This document shows positions 1 through 14,356 of a stretch of 64,000 nt of DNA, piece after piece. Position numbers and translations under genes: made by a program. The notes under the pieces were generated by a model. The model saw only the letters and a program-made list of their open reading frames with translations. It did no database searches and had not been told where the DNA came from. This DNA is from the human T2T-CHM13v2.0 reference genome, Homo sapiens: the NCBI GenBank assembly GCA_009914755.4, contig CP086569.2:2688001-2752000 (forward strand), in the 5' to 3' direction. How positions within the stretch are numbered: the stretch's first letter is position 1; each line of letters begins with the position of its first letter.

Positions 1-2009
1 TGTAGTGGGTAGGCAACCACTATCCTTCACTGCAGAGATTACAAGACTAAAACAGTGCTAAAGTATTATAATGAAAAAGGTTTGATTGCTTTTTTGTGTT
101 TAAATTACATATAGGTGTTAAAGTATTAAGGGTAATCACCACAGGAATAGAGAGAAAATGCAAAATGTTCAAACAAGTAGAAGGGAAATATGGTACCAAA
201 AAAACCCAAAACAAAATAAATGAACTTTCAAAACAAATTAAATAGCTGTTAGTAAAGCTGTCATAAAGGAAGTAAAGAAATAGCCTGATGAAAAGAAAAT
301 ATGAAATAAAATATATAACATATTTTAATTATTTTAGCCAAATATTTTAATAATTGCAATGAATATAAGTAGACTACCTATTAAAGGCCAAAAATTATAA
401 AATTAGATAAAATTCTAGCTATTCAATATTGGCAAGAAAAATACATAAATTAATGATACAAAAAAGCAGAAAGTAAAAAGATAGAAAATATACAGTAAAA
501 ATATATTGGGCAGCCACTGCCAAAATATTTTTAATGAAAGACTTTAATGCAAAATAATTATTATATAATGACTAAAACAACAACTTCCAGTGTCATAAAT
601 GGTAGCATGCTTACATACATAGCTGTACTTTGATTTGTCATAGTAAATGTTTTAGATGTTCAGTGTCATTATTGATTAGGAAAATAAAATTGTCTTATAA
701 GTATTACAGTATTTTTTCAGTTTGTTTGTATGAACGTGGATCCAAATATGACTGGCACTATGTATGTTATATTTCTTAAGTTGCTCCTTCATCTTGTTTC
801 TTCCTCACCTCTCTCCTGCTCCTTCCTCCTAGCTGGAGTTTATATGTTGAAGAAACAAAATAACTTGATGGGTATACTTTCCACAGTCTGGATTCTACCG
901 ATTTTATCCCCAATGTGATGTTGAACTTGTTTCTCTGGTATTGGTATTTCCCAACAGCTATAATATAATCTGAAGGCTTTGATCAGATTCAGATTTGACA
1001 TCATGGCAAACACTATATCTTAAGTGGTAACATGCTTTTTTATGGAGGCACATTATATACCTAGCCATCTTGCTTGTGATTGTGGCAACTATTTGATGCT
1101 CAAAGCTAAGATTCAGTCAATTCTTCAAGGCTTGAAAATAGCGATATAGAATTTTATGATTCTTTATGATTTGCAATTCTTAATATTTTTTGAATGAGGA
1201 TTCTTGAATTCTCATTTTGTCATGGGCCCCAAAAATTAAGTAGCTGGTCCTGGGTATGGACATCATGTAGGAGATATGCGGAAAACAAAGACAGAAATCT
1301 AGATTTGTTTACAGTGTGGTTGGCCTAATGTTGGTTCCCACCAAAGGAATACAAACTAATATGAAAATTTCAGAACATTTCCTCTAGTTTCTTCCTCTAC
1401 ATATCTGGATTTGTTATATTGTTAAGTTTTTACTAGACGTTTTCCTATCACCTTAACAGTGTTTTTAAAAATCTTCATGTTAGTTTCCTGATATAAAATC
1501 CTTAAGTCAAGGATATTTATTAGTTTAGTATTTTATGGCTGCAACAAAATACCAGACACTCCCACAAGTCACCCGGTCACCCAGGAGTGCCTTTCGGTGG
1601 GAGGAGCAAATGCCTTTTCTTGTCAGATAAAAAACTCAGTCTCTCATTTATCTATGAAAACAGCAGTTCAGTTCGTCACACAAATGCACACAGAAAAACC
1701 AAATCAAGATAAATTTTAGGAGAAAAAGCAATAGAGAATTCCCTTTAGAATGCATCTCTGAACTGGAATTAGGATCCTTAGACAACAACTTCCTAGCAGA
1801 AAATCAGCTCAGAATAAATCAAGCACCATCAACTAAAGGGAGGTGGGACTCAGGAGACTTAACAGTTCCACCAAAGGACAACTGGAAATCAGGTAGTTTT
1901 CAGTGGGCCCCGCTAGTACCTTAGCTCCAAGTTCAGATAACTCCTTCTGGGCCCTGAGTCTTCTCTGGGGCTCCTGTATTTAAGCACCAAATTATTGTTG
2001 ATGAAAAGA

Positions 2010-2430
2010 GTTAAACTGTGTAAAATATTTCAAGACATTTATTTTGAGCGAAATGTGAGTGACCATAACCTGTCACACAGCCCTCAAGAGGTTCTGAGAA
2101 CATGTGCCCAAGGTGAGCAGGGTACAGTCTGGTTTTATATATTTAGAAGAGGCATGAGATATCAATCAAATACATTTAAGAAATGCATTGGTTTAGTTAA
2201 GAAAGGCAGGACAACTGAGAGCAGGGGGGTTATAGGTAAATTTAAACGTTTTCTGGTTGACAATTGGTTATGTTTGTCTAAAGACCTGGTAGAAAGGAAT
2301 GCTCAGGTTAAAATAAAGGATTGTGGAGACCAGGTTTTAGTGTACAGAGGAAGCTCTCAGATAGCAGACTTCAGAGACAGCAGGTTGTAAAGTGTTTGTT
2401 ATCAGATTTAAAAGAATGCCTGGCTCTTAG
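2010..2430 (+). repeat. Unclassified interspersed repeat, copy 1 of 3 (same family as 4149-4570 and 5046-5095)
   Basis: Shares blocks with 4149-4570 in the same order and orientation: ttattttg..c.a, catgtgcccaaggt vs catgtgccaaaggt, attgtggagaccagg vs attgtggataccaagg, and a terminal gtaaa.gtttnntntcanannttaaaagannn block. I cannot name the family. Confidence 0.5.
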
Positions 2431-2537
2431 TTGATTCTCTCCTGGATCTGGAAAGGAAGGAAGAAGAAAAAAGGTGAAAGTGGATTCTCTATAGAATGTG
2501 GATTTTTCCCACAAGAGACTTTTGCAGGGAAATTTCA

Positions 2538-2880
<343 letters not shown>

Positions 2881-3582
2881 TCACTGTATAGTTTTAAATA
2901 AAAGGCATCTGATGATAATTTATGGTTTGTAGGGCATGACTCCTTAGACCCATTGGATAGGAATTTAGGCAAGATAAAAAAAATTAGAGCTTAGTTCTTA
3001 CTTAGAAGACAAAAGGAGGCATAGTCTGGGCTGGATTGTCTCTGAGTCGTGCAAGGAACAGTCTTTGAGGTAGTAGAGTCTTCAGCAGCATATGCCAGGT
3101 TCTTATAATGAGTGACTGCAGGATGGTGTCAGCTACGACAGCTGTTTTAAGCTGCTGAAGTTCTGCTCTTTTATAGTCACAGCGTCCTCTGTGGAGGACT
3201 GACAGTGGAAGAGTGTGCTTGTTTATGTCCCCACATCTGGATGGATGCAAACCTAAACAAAAAAAACCCTTTGTTTATTAAACAAAACATCTTTGTTGAG
3301 AGAGTACCATATGAAATAGAAAATAAAGTCTTTTTTAAAAGGTGGAGTAAGTTATGTCAAGGGTGCTATACACAACCATGTAACTTAGATTCCCACAGTT
3401 TTCACACTAGAAGAGCTAGAATAATTTTGTTCAAATTTCTCTTTTTGCATTTGACTGCCAGGCCAAGAGATGTGTTGAACGGGCATTTTAATAGGCAAGA
3501 ACTTCAGCTGAATTTTCTGACCACTGATCCAGTGCTTTTTCCAGAATGCTACTCATCTGCCAAAACTGTATCCATTTTTCCT

Positions 3583-3878
3583 ATTTTTTTTTCTTGAGAG
3601 GCAGTCTCGCTCTGTTGCCCAGGCTGGAGTGCAGTGGCGCAATCTCGGCTCATTGACAGCTCTGCCTCCAGGGTTCACACCATTCTCCTGCCTCAGCCTC
3701 CCAAATAGCTGGGACTACAGGTGCCTGCCACCATACCCGGCTAATTTTTTTGTGTTTTTAGTAGAGATGGGGTTTCACCGTGTTAGCCAGGTTGGTCTTG
3801 ATCTCCTGAACTCATGATCCGCCCACCTCAGCCTCCCAAAGTGCTGGGATTACAGGCGTGAGCCACTGTTCCCGGCCA
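3583..3878 (-). mobile_element. Alu SINE (AluS-like), full length, sense on - strand
   Basis: + strand reads poly-T then the reverse complement of Alu: tttttttttcttgagaggcagtctcgctctgttgcccaggctggagtgcagtggcgcaatctcggctca ... cctcccaaagtgctgggattacaggcgtgagccactgttcccggcc. Confidence 0.92.
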
Positions 3879-3904
3879 AAGCTATCTATTTTTAAGCACC
3901 TTGC

Positions 3905-3952
3905 CTCTGTTCATTTGCTTATTCATTCCTCCATTCATTCATTTGTTCATTC
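3905..3952. repeat. (CATT)n-like microsatellite
   Basis: attcattcctccattcattcatttgttcattcattcaata. Confidence 0.7.
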
Positions 3953-4148
3953 ATTCAATACCTATTAGTTTGTTGACGTTTTCTGGGTCTGGTAGTTTAG
4001 AGAATGCTTGCTTTCCTCAGCTAAAAGTTTTTTCTTTTTTTTTTTTCCTCATTTTTCTCTTTTAGTCAGAAGATTTTTTCCTTGAAAGCATCGATGGTAA
4101 ACATCTGCACGTCAGAGAGTTTCTCAATAAGACTTGTAATCCAAAAAC

Positions 4149-4570
4149 AATCTGAGAAACGTCTTAATTAATTTAGAAGTTTATTTTGCCAAGGTTAAGG
4201 ACATGCCTGTGACACCACCTTCAAATGTCCTGACAACATGTGCCAAAGGTAGTTGAGATACAATTTGCTTTTATCCATTTAGGAAGAAATGAGACATTAA
4301 TCAATACATGTAATATATATAGTGGTTTGGTTCAGAAAAGTAGGACCATTAGAAATCTGGGTTCCAGATTTTAAGTGGATTGAAAGATTTTCTTATTGTC
4401 AGTCATTTGAGTAAATATCTGCAATCAACAGAAAGAAATGTCTGGGCGATAATAAGGGATTGTGGATACCAAGGTTTGTCATGCAAATAGCCTCCAGGTA
4501 TCAGAGAGGCTTCAGAGAAAATAGATTGTAAATGTTTCCTGTCAAACTTAAAAGATCTGTTCTATCAGTA
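4149..4570 (+). repeat. Unclassified interspersed repeat, copy 2 of 3
   Basis: aatctgagaaacgtcttaattaatttagaagtttattttgccaaggttaagg ... Collinear with 2010-2430. Its 5' end resembles 5046-5095. Confidence 0.5.
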
Positions 4571-5045
4571 CCAAGGTCTGTGTTGATGTTAATGGTAATG
4601 AGGCATGTGTGACTCCGCCTTCTCATTATGGCCTGAACTAGTTTTTCAGGTTATCTTTGGAATGTTTTTGGCTGAGAGGACGTGTATATTCAGATGGTTT
4701 GAGGCTTTATATTTTATTTTGTCTTACAAGCTCATTTCTGGATAGTCCTGTGCCATGTGTAGGTAGTGGTGCATGTGTGTGTGGGGGACAGGGGGCTGTT
4801 ACTAGAGGGTCAAAGAGAAGTTGTCTCAGTGAGGAATTTTAAGACCACCAAAAAGCCAATTGGGATGATGATGTTACAAATTGGTTAAATGAAACCCTGT
4901 CAAGTCATTGATTTACATACCTGCTGTCACTTTTTAATCATTTGTAGCTTTAGTAGTTGTACATTACTTAGAATTTTAACTACTACTATCCTTAACCCAT
5001 AGAGAAAACCTAAGAAACACAGTTTTTAACTATGTGAACCCTGAA

Positions 5046-5095
5046 TATCTGAGACAGGGCTCAGTTAATTTGGAAAACTTATTTTGCCAAGATTG
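5046..5095 (+). repeat. Unclassified interspersed repeat, copy 3 (5' end only, cut off by the L1 fragment)
   Basis: atctgagacagggctcagttaatttggaaaacttattttgccaagattg, compared with atctgagaaacgtcttaattaatttagaagtttattttgccaaggtt at 4150. Confidence 0.45.
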
Positions 5096-6237
5096 TTCTG
5101 TTCCATTGGTCTATGTATCTGTTTTGGTACCAGTACCATGATGTTTTGCTTACTGTAGCCTTGTAGTATAGTTTGAAGTCAGGTAGTGTGATGCCTCTAG
5201 CTTTGTTCTTTTTGGTTAGGATTGTCTTGGCCATGTAGGCTCTTTTTTGGTTCCATATAAAATTTAAAGTAGTTTTTTCTAATTCTGTGAAGAAAGTCAA
5301 TGGTAGTTTGATGACAGCATTGAATCTATAAATAACTTTGGGCAGTAGGACCATTTTCTGCATCTATTGAGATAATCATGTGTTTTCTGTCATTGGTTCT
5401 GTTTATGTGACAGATTACATTTATTGATTTGCATATGTTGAACCAGCCTTGCATCCCAGGGATGAAGCTGACTTGATTGTGGTGCATAAACTTTTTCATG
5501 TGCTGCTGAATTTGGTTTGCCAGTATTTTATTGAGAATTTTCACATCAATGTTCATCATTCCTTGGTCATAGATATTGGCCTGAAATTTTCCTTTTTTGT
5601 TGTGTCTCTGCCAGATTTTGGCATCAGGATGATGCTGGCCTCATAAATAATTTTTCCATTGTTTGTGTCCTCTCATTTTCTTGAGCAGTGGTTTGTAGTT
5701 TTCCCTGAAGAGATTCTTCACATCCCTTATAAGTTGAATTCCCAGGTATTTTATTCCCTTTGCAGCCATTGTGAATGGGAGTTCACTCATGATTTTGTTC
5801 TCTGTTTGTCTATTATTGGTGTATAGGATTGGTTGTGATTTTTGCACTTTGGTTTTGTATTCTGAGACTTTGCTGAGGTTGCTTATCAGGTTAAAGAGAT
5901 TTTGGGCTGAGATGATGGAGTTTCTAAATATACAGTATGTCATCTGCAAACAGACACAATTTGACTTCCTCTTTTCCTAGCTGAGTACACTTTCTTTCTT
6001 TCTCTCGCCTGACTGCCCTGGCCAGAACTTCCAATACTATGTTGAAGAGGAGTGGTGAGAGAAGGCCTCCTTGTCTTGTGCCAGTTTTCAAAGGGAATGC
6101 TTCCAGTTTTTGCCCATTCATGGCTATGGATATGTGATAAATAGCTCTTATTATTTTGAGATACATTCCATCAATACCTAGTTTTTTGAGAGTTTTTTTT
6201 TTTTTAGCATGAAGGAGATTGTGTTTTTCAAAAGGTC
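5096..6237 (-). mobile_element. LINE-1 ORF2 (RT-region) fragment, internally rearranged, truncated at both ends
   Basis: Minus-strand ORFs 5079..5363, 5326..5559, 5641..5949 and 5924..6166 all translate to L1 ORF2 RT-region peptides ([64 protein letters not shown]) but in non-collinear order. + strand shows typical L1 antisense text: ctgtagccttgtagtatagtttgaagtcaggtagtgtgatgcc. Confidence 0.9.
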
Positions 6238-6419
6238 AATGAAGTGTTATATTATCCTTGGCAAAAATTTTGTCAATAAGAGGAGAAACAGAGGGAACAC
6301 ATATAGTTGGCAGGGATTTTAAGAACAGAGAAATTCAGTAGATGGAGTAGCTATTATTGAGAGAATAGAGGCCTCACACAAATAAACATATATAGCCTAA
6401 ATATTAACTTTTTGTTCAT

Positions 6420-6712
6420 TTGTTTTTGAGGTGGAGTTTTACTCCATCGCCCAGGCTGGAGCGCAGTGGTGTGATCTTGTCTCACTGTAGCCTTGCCTCT
6501 TGGGCTCAAGCGATTATCCTGCCTCAGCCTCCTGAGTAGCTGGGATGAGTACAGGGATGAGCCATCATGCTCAACTAATTTTTGTATTTTTTACTAGAGG
6601 TGGGGTTTTGCCATTTTTGTCAGGCTGATCTTCAACTTTTAATCTCAAGGGATCTACCTGCCTTGGCCTCCCAAAGTGCTGGGTTATAGACATGAGCCAC
6701 CAAACTGGGCCT
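6420..6712 (-). mobile_element. Alu SINE, full length, - strand
   Basis: tttgtttttgaggtggagttttactccatcgcccaggctggagcgcagtggtgtgatcttgtctcactg ... cctcccaaagtgctgggttatagacatgagccaccaaactgggcc. Confidence 0.9.
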
Positions 6713-6754
6713 AACTATCAATTTTTAAGTTGACTTTTGACTATAGAGCTCTTT

Positions 6755-7046
<292 letters not shown>

Positions 7047-8342
7047 TTTTTTTTTCTTTTTAAATAGACTTCATGAAAAGTCTTTTTATCAGATTTTCGT
7101 TGAGCAAGTACCAAACATTCCTATTTGTTGGCTTTTTGTTTCTCAAGTTTACAGCAAGAAAGATTTTGGAGATGGAGCCAAATTTGTTTGTTACAGGTCT
7201 AGGATGATTACTTTTAAAAGGTGCTGGTAGTTGAAATGTTTTAATGAAATATTTTCTTCTTTCTGGGTATATGTTTCCAAATAACTTACAAGAAACGGTG
7301 TAAACAAATAACAATAAAAGTTTCCTATTACATTCTAAATATAAAGGAGAATTTTAAATCAAAGATATTAATGAAAAAAATGACTCAAAAGCAACACGAA
7401 TAAACATACATGAGGCCAAAACCCAAAAGCCCTTTATAGCATCAAAGAGGAAGCAAAAATTTTGCAGCCTTTCCAAGATCTATACCCCTACCACAGACTA
7501 CTTAAAGGAAACTTTCACTAGCTGCCAATAGTTGAAACCCACAACTATCTGGCAATTTTCTTGCAGGGTTTCAGCTTCTAAGCTGATCATGTACATACAA
7601 ATGCCCAGCATTTCTGGTGCCATACAGATGGAAGGTTAAAAGAGACAGTAGGTAAAATGAAAAGAAAAGGTGTTCATGTAGATGGCAAGCATAACACACG
7701 ATACCCCCTCAAAATCAAGAGTTACATAAATAATCCAAAATAAATAGTTCAAATCAGAATAAGTAGTTCTAACAGAAATGTTTTGCTCCTAAGCTAGCAG
7801 TATGCACTGGGGAAAGGAATTTTGTGGTTGATCTAAAGAACTTTAACTCTGCCTCAAACCGGATCTTAGCTGAAATGTTGCTTGGCTGCTTGGATATAAC
7901 ATTTGGATATATCTCTGGATATAACATCTCCCAGACATAAGATTTACATCTCCAAGGAACTGCAAAAGGTCAGGGGAAAGGGTGGAGTGCCTTTTATAAA
8001 TCCTGTAGGGAAGTTAAGCATGCAGTTTGAACATAAAAATGTTCTGGAGGACTTAAATGGGAAGTTTCTAAAAACAAAATAAAACTTATAGCCTATATAG
8101 TGACAAGACAAAGAAAAGACCACCTTTAGGCTCCAAAAGGCCTGAAAATGTGGAAAGATAAGTTTATGGGAAGAGTAAATCTGTCCCTCTATCCTCGATG
8201 CTTTTGTCTCTGAGCTGACAAGGAACATTAAGAGGCCTATCTTTAGATGGGAAAGGCAGCCAAGAGGACAGTAAGACCTTGTCTTTGTAAATTGCTGTCC
8301 TACTATCAGGTAGGCAGAGTGAGTGGAAGAATATCCTCCTAC

Positions 8343-8530
<188 letters not shown>

Positions 8531-9700
8531 GATCTTCCTACTTTTTAACCTCCTCCAGCTCTGCACTCTTTAGGATTTTGATAAAGCTCCGATGAGTGGA
8601 GGAACACCAGGGTTCTTGCCTTGCTTAGAATTAGGTAAGACAACACGGACACATGTGGACAGATTTTAAGGAGTAGGGAGTTTAACAGGGAAGAAAGAAG
8701 GGGGAAGAAAAAAAGAAGCAGCTCCCTTGTAGAGAGAGAGAGGTAGGAGGATCCAAAGCTGAGAGAGGAAACCCCGCTTTCAGGTAATGTTAGCCAGCTA
8801 AATTAGATGGCTGGAGGAGGCGGTGTCTGATTCGCACAAGGCTCAGGGTATTGGTTTGACCAGGCATGTCTTTCACGTAGCCCGAGAGAAAACTGGCCAC
8901 CCTAGCCTTTTAAATATGCAAATGCAGAGTGCCCTCGTGTTCCACACACCTGGAGATATGTGGGGGTGGCTATGCTGCCAGGCACGTGTTGGGGAAAGAG
9001 CAAGAGGACAAAGGTGGGAATCGCCATGTTGAGTGAACCCAGTTTCTAACGCTGGCATTTGCATATTAAAGGTTGACAGCCTAGGTCTAAGACCCAGGGT
9101 TTTCATGCTAGACAAGAGCTGCGAAAAATCTTCCAAGGACCCCGTTTTTTCCTCTCTGCCTAAAATAATTTCTTAATAACTCTTACCACAATTTTAGACG
9201 GAACATTTTTGTTTTCTTCACAGGCATCTTCCTAAATTAAGGGTAATGTAAATTTGAACTCAGCCCTGCTCAGTTGTTGTCATTAATTTTTTCACTTAGG
9301 CTTGGTATAGATATACAGATTTTCTCATTAATTTGGTTTGTTGGAAGGCAGATTTTTTTTTTTTACCACAGGCCATCATTTTGTAGAAAATGTTGCTCCT
9401 AACTATAAGGAGCACTGGTTCCAGGTGTTAGGTTCAGTCCTTTCCCATTGCAAAAAATCAAGGCCAACTCTCTCATTTATTTTTTTTTCTGGTTTTAAAA
9501 CAAACTTTTTCCAATCACGCATGCAAATAAATTACTTTGAGCATTTCAAAAGACCTTCATTTAGGCTGTAGCTGCTTATGACCATCCCAGGTTACGTGGG
9601 CTTATTTTTCCAGATATTATTGATGACACCCCGTTTTTGTTGTACATAAAACCAGCTGCTTTTATAAAAGAAGATTGCCCATCAAAAGAATACACAGATC

Positions 9701-10111
<411 letters not shown>

Positions 10112-13100
10112 TTATGCAAGTCACTCAGCCAAGGTGTTACCCAAGAGTCATTAATTTGTCTTATACATCTTGGAATTTCTCATCCCCTTGCAGTGGCTGA
10201 GTTGCTAAGTTGCCAGGTGACCAATCCTAATATACACCTTCTGGCTATGCTGAAACTCTCTGAAAGTCCTTTTTTTGCAAGGTCTCTGAGACTGCTACAT
10301 ATCATGGACAGCTGTCCAAACACCTCTGTAATACGTCTAGTCACTTAGAGCACCCAGTTGGATTTGGAGGGAGCAAGTGTCTCTTAACTCTGGAGTGAGA
10401 GAACTCATCTTCATGTACCTTTTGATTTGAAACTATCAGTAATTGGTTACAGATGAAAATGCAAGTCCACATTACAAACAGTAGGTCGCAGCTGCAATTT
10501 TAAATACACACAATGTAATTCTGGGCCAAAAGAAGTGAAACCATTGGTGGTACACTGCCAATAGCCTGACACAGATTTCTTCCTGAAGACAATGGCAGAG
10601 AAGGCAGTTCTCTGTAGAGTTGTTTTCCTGCTGTGACCTGCGCTTCTGTTCTTGAGGCAGAGAAGGCTGTTTTGATTTCTGTTTTTGTTTTTTTCTCCTG
10701 AAACTTGAAACTCCTACCCATGGCCAGAGATAGGCTAGATGAATTCTGCAAAGGGAGAGTTGGAAAGAACAGCTCAAACAGTTTGATCTCAACCAAGGGG
10801 TACAGAGATTTGAATTGTGGAGGACTAACCCCTTACATTAGCAGAAGAATGTAAGGTCTTCTGCCTGCCTAGATGTTGGGTCCACAGTGCTGACTCCTGG
10901 ATGAGTGTTGGATGGTCAGAGGAGTGGACTCTGAACCCTGCTTACTGTACTCTAAATATCAAACTAAAGGAAAAAGCTGAGGGATGAAACATACTTTGAA
11001 AATGTCTATTTGATACAAGATGTGGAAAAGTTGCTGGAAAACACAGAACCTAGTAAACTTAGATAGGAGCACCAAAGTTTTGTTAACATGGGTATGTGAT
11101 AAACAAATTCGTAAAGGCAAAAAGTGGACAGCAAGTGGCCTATAACAAAGTTGTTTGTTATGAATTGTCATTGGATTACAGAAATAGCATTGATTAGCAA
11201 TTGGCTACATATTGTTAAGCTGTAGTTCGTTGGTTGTAGTGTCCAATATGTGGCATTGGTTGATGGTTTTTTAGCTAACGTGTGGCCATAATACTTGTAG
11301 CATCTATACAGCAAGCAGCTTCAAGAGATGACTACTTATCTTAAGGTGGGAAGTGGGATGTGGGTGCTACCTATGGGAGGCTTGCATTCCTTAGATAAAA
11401 GTTTATTTTCTTAGTTTGTTGCATAGCTTCTCAGTCTAAGGTGGTCTTCCAGAGTTTGGGACTCCAGTGTTAGACAGCCCCTGCCATGGGTCTTACCCTG
11501 TGCTTGTTTCCTCTCCATGAGGCCTTACCATGCTGTTTTTGCCTGTGGGTTTCTCCCTATTAGCGTTCATTGACTCTGTGATTGAGGTGTTCAAATGCTA
11601 GGTGCTCTAAGCACTTATGTAGATGTTTCATTGAGAGCCTACAAAGGCTGCATTAGCTGTACAGTATCATATGATGAAACTGACGCCAAGGGAGGTTGAC
11701 TTAGTAGCCTCATTTCCCATAGCCAATGAGGGACAGCATGTCTTTGACTCCAATGTTGAGCACTGGTCCCTGCCTGTTCTAGATTCTCCATTGGCTTGGT
11801 TTTCCAAATTGCTTACACTCTGCTTGACTCTTTCAGAGACACTAATGTGTCATACATTTGGTCTCTTTACATAATCCCATATTTCTTAGAGGTTTCATTA
11901 ATTTCTTTCTTTCTTTTTTTTCTCTGTTATTCTCTGAATGTCTTATTTCAGAAAAATACACTTCAAGCACTGAGAGTCTTTTCTCATCTTGGCCAGTTCT
12001 GCTGTTAATACGTGCAGTTGAATGATGAAATTCTTGTAAAGGTTTTTCAGCCCTATCAGGCTGGTTACGTTTTTTTCTATGCTAAGTATTTTGTCTGTCA
12101 GCTCCTGTTATCATTTATTTGTGGTTCTTAGCTTCCTTTAATTGGGTTATGCATAGTCCTGCATCTCAATGATTTTGGTCTCTGTCTCTATTAGGAATTC
12201 TGTTCCTGTCATTTTAGTTATCTCCGCCTGGTTCAGATCCCTTGCTGGTTCCCAGCTTCCTCCCCACTTCAGCTCAGCTTCTGTGTTTTCCCTCCATGCA
12301 CTCTCAGTGCCTCCCTCTGAAGACCTGGTAGGAGTATGCCAGGCATCCTGGTACCAGACCAAACTAAGTGTTGGGCTGCTTATTCTCACAGCCCAATAAA
12401 GAGACACAAATGAACTGAGAAAGGAGGGAGTTCATTTCTGTAATTGGGTACAGAGAGGAGGCCTGGAAAATATTGCCAGACCAACTCAAAATTAAGTTTT
12501 CCAGAGCTTATATACCTTCTCAGGTATATGTGTTTGTGTAAGTGTGCATTCATCTAAAGATATAAGTGATTAATTTCTTCTAATCTGTAACTAAAGTCCA
12601 AACTTTGAAGACCCTTCTCAGGAGCTTCAGTAAATTTATTCAATCTAGATGGATCCGGGTGCTGAGGTGATTACCCTTATCTTGTCTCCCGCTAAATCAT
12701 GGCGGCTTGGGGAGTTCTTTCAGATCTCCAATAAAACTTGTTTACGGAGGGCTAGGGAGTTTCTTCACACCAACAGTAAAACGTGTTTAATTCTAAACTC
12801 GTCCCATTAAGAATTCCTTTGTTATCTTATCATGCTTCAAGGCCTAGGAAAAGCCTGGGCAAAACTCTTAGTGGGCTTTTGTTACATTCTAGGCTTTGGA
12901 TAAGAGCACTTGCTCTTATTATTTAGCTTAACCACTCAGTGCTGAAACAGTTGTTACAGGGGCCTGTCTGTTCAGCTGTTAGTGACCTACTCTGCAACAA
13001 TCCTGGTCCCTCAGTGGCAGCTGTTTCACTTGACTGCCTCTGTTTGTCCATCTTGCTTGAATCTTGCAGTAACTTTTGAAATCTAGAATTGTGAGTCTTC

Positions 13101-13663
13101 TTACTTCCCCCTCCTGTAGTGTTACATGTAATTTCACATCAATTATAAAATCAGATTACCAATTTATTGAAAGTAACTCTTGAAGTCTAGAATTGTGAGT
13201 CTGTTAATAATGTTTGGTAATTTTCATACATTTTAAAACTTACAGTACAATGTTAAATAGAAGCTGTGTAAGCAGTATTCTTGTCTTGTTCTTTATCTTT
13301 TGGAAATGTATGCAGGCTTTCACTGTTAAGTGTGATGTTACTTGTGGGTTTTTGCAGATGTCTTTTATCAGTTTGAAGAAGTTTACTTCCATTCATATTT
13401 TTATCACAAATATTATTGGACTTTATCAGATCTTTTTCTCTCCTATCCTTGAGATAATCATGTGATTTTTGTGTTTTGTTCTATTGATGTGATGTGTAAC
13501 ATTAATATTTTTTGAATGATTAGCCAAACTTGCTTGCCCAAGATAAATCCCTGTTTGTCATGGTGGTTAATATGTATGTTGCTGCATTCAGTTTGCTGAT
13601 ATTTTGTTGAATTTTTTTGTTTTTCATTCCATAGTTAACACACTGTACTGTAGTTTTCTTATC

Positions 13664-13969
13664 ATTTTTTTTTTTTTTTTTTGAGATGGAGTCTCCCTCT
13701 GTCACCAGGCTGGAGTGCACTGGCGCGATCTCGACTCACTGCAACCTCTCTGCCTCCTGGGTTCAAGCGATTTTCCTGCCTTAGCCTCCCAAATAACTGG
13801 GACTATAGGCATGTGCCACCAAGACCGGCTAATTTGTTGTATTTTTTTTTTAGTAGAGATGGGGTTTCACTGTATTAGCCAGGATGGTCTTGATCTCCTC
13901 ACCTCGTGATCTGCCCACCTTCGCCTCCCAAAGTGCTGGGATTACAGGCATGAGCCGCTGCGCCCAGCC
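13664..13969 (-). mobile_element. Alu SINE, full length, - strand, T17 tail
   Basis: tttttttttttttttttgagatggagtctccctctgtcaccaggctggagtgcactggcgcgatctcgactcactgcaacc ... cctcccaaagtgctgggattacaggcatgagccgctgcgcccagcc. Confidence 0.92.
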
Positions 13970-14077
13970 CCTTTTATATTTTTGTATGGTTTTGACATCA
14001 GGGTAAATAAGAGGAATTGGAAAATGTTTCTTTTCTTTTTGCAGAGTTTATGAATAAGTTATTATTATCATCATTAT

Positions 14078-14356
14078 TTACAGAGTGTTGCTCTGTTGCC
14101 CATGCTGGAGTGCAGTGGCATGATCTCGGCTCCCGGCAATATTCACCTCCTAGATTCAAGCAATTCTCCTGCCTCAGCCTCCTAAGTAGCTGGGATTAAA
14201 GGTGCTCATGACCATGCCTGGCAAATTTTTGTATTTTTAATAGAGATGGGGTTTTACCATGTTGGTAGGCTGGTCTCAAACTGCTGGCCTCAAGTGATCT
14301 GCTGCCTAGGCCTCTCAAAGTCTGGGATTACAGGCGTGAGCCGCTGCACTTGGCCA
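14078..14356 (-). mobile_element. Alu SINE (older, AluJ/S-like), - strand
   Basis: cagagtgttgctctgttgcccatgctggagtgcagtggcatgatctcggctc ... cctctcaaagtctgggattacaggcgtgagccgctgcacttggcc. Confidence 0.88.

Noticed and set aside
1995-2390. 131-aa ORF, the longest plus-strand ORF in the unique-looking 5' part of the window
   Set aside because: Lies wholly inside copy 1 of the unclassified repeat. The homologous copy at 4149-4570 has no equivalent open frame. No recognisable domain. Most likely chance.
11560-11780. Weak MIR or MamRep-like resemblance (…gacgccaagggaggttgacttagtagcctcatttcccatagc…)
   Set aside because: The similarity to the MIR core is too patchy to call by eye. It needs a profile search, so it is not listed as a feature.
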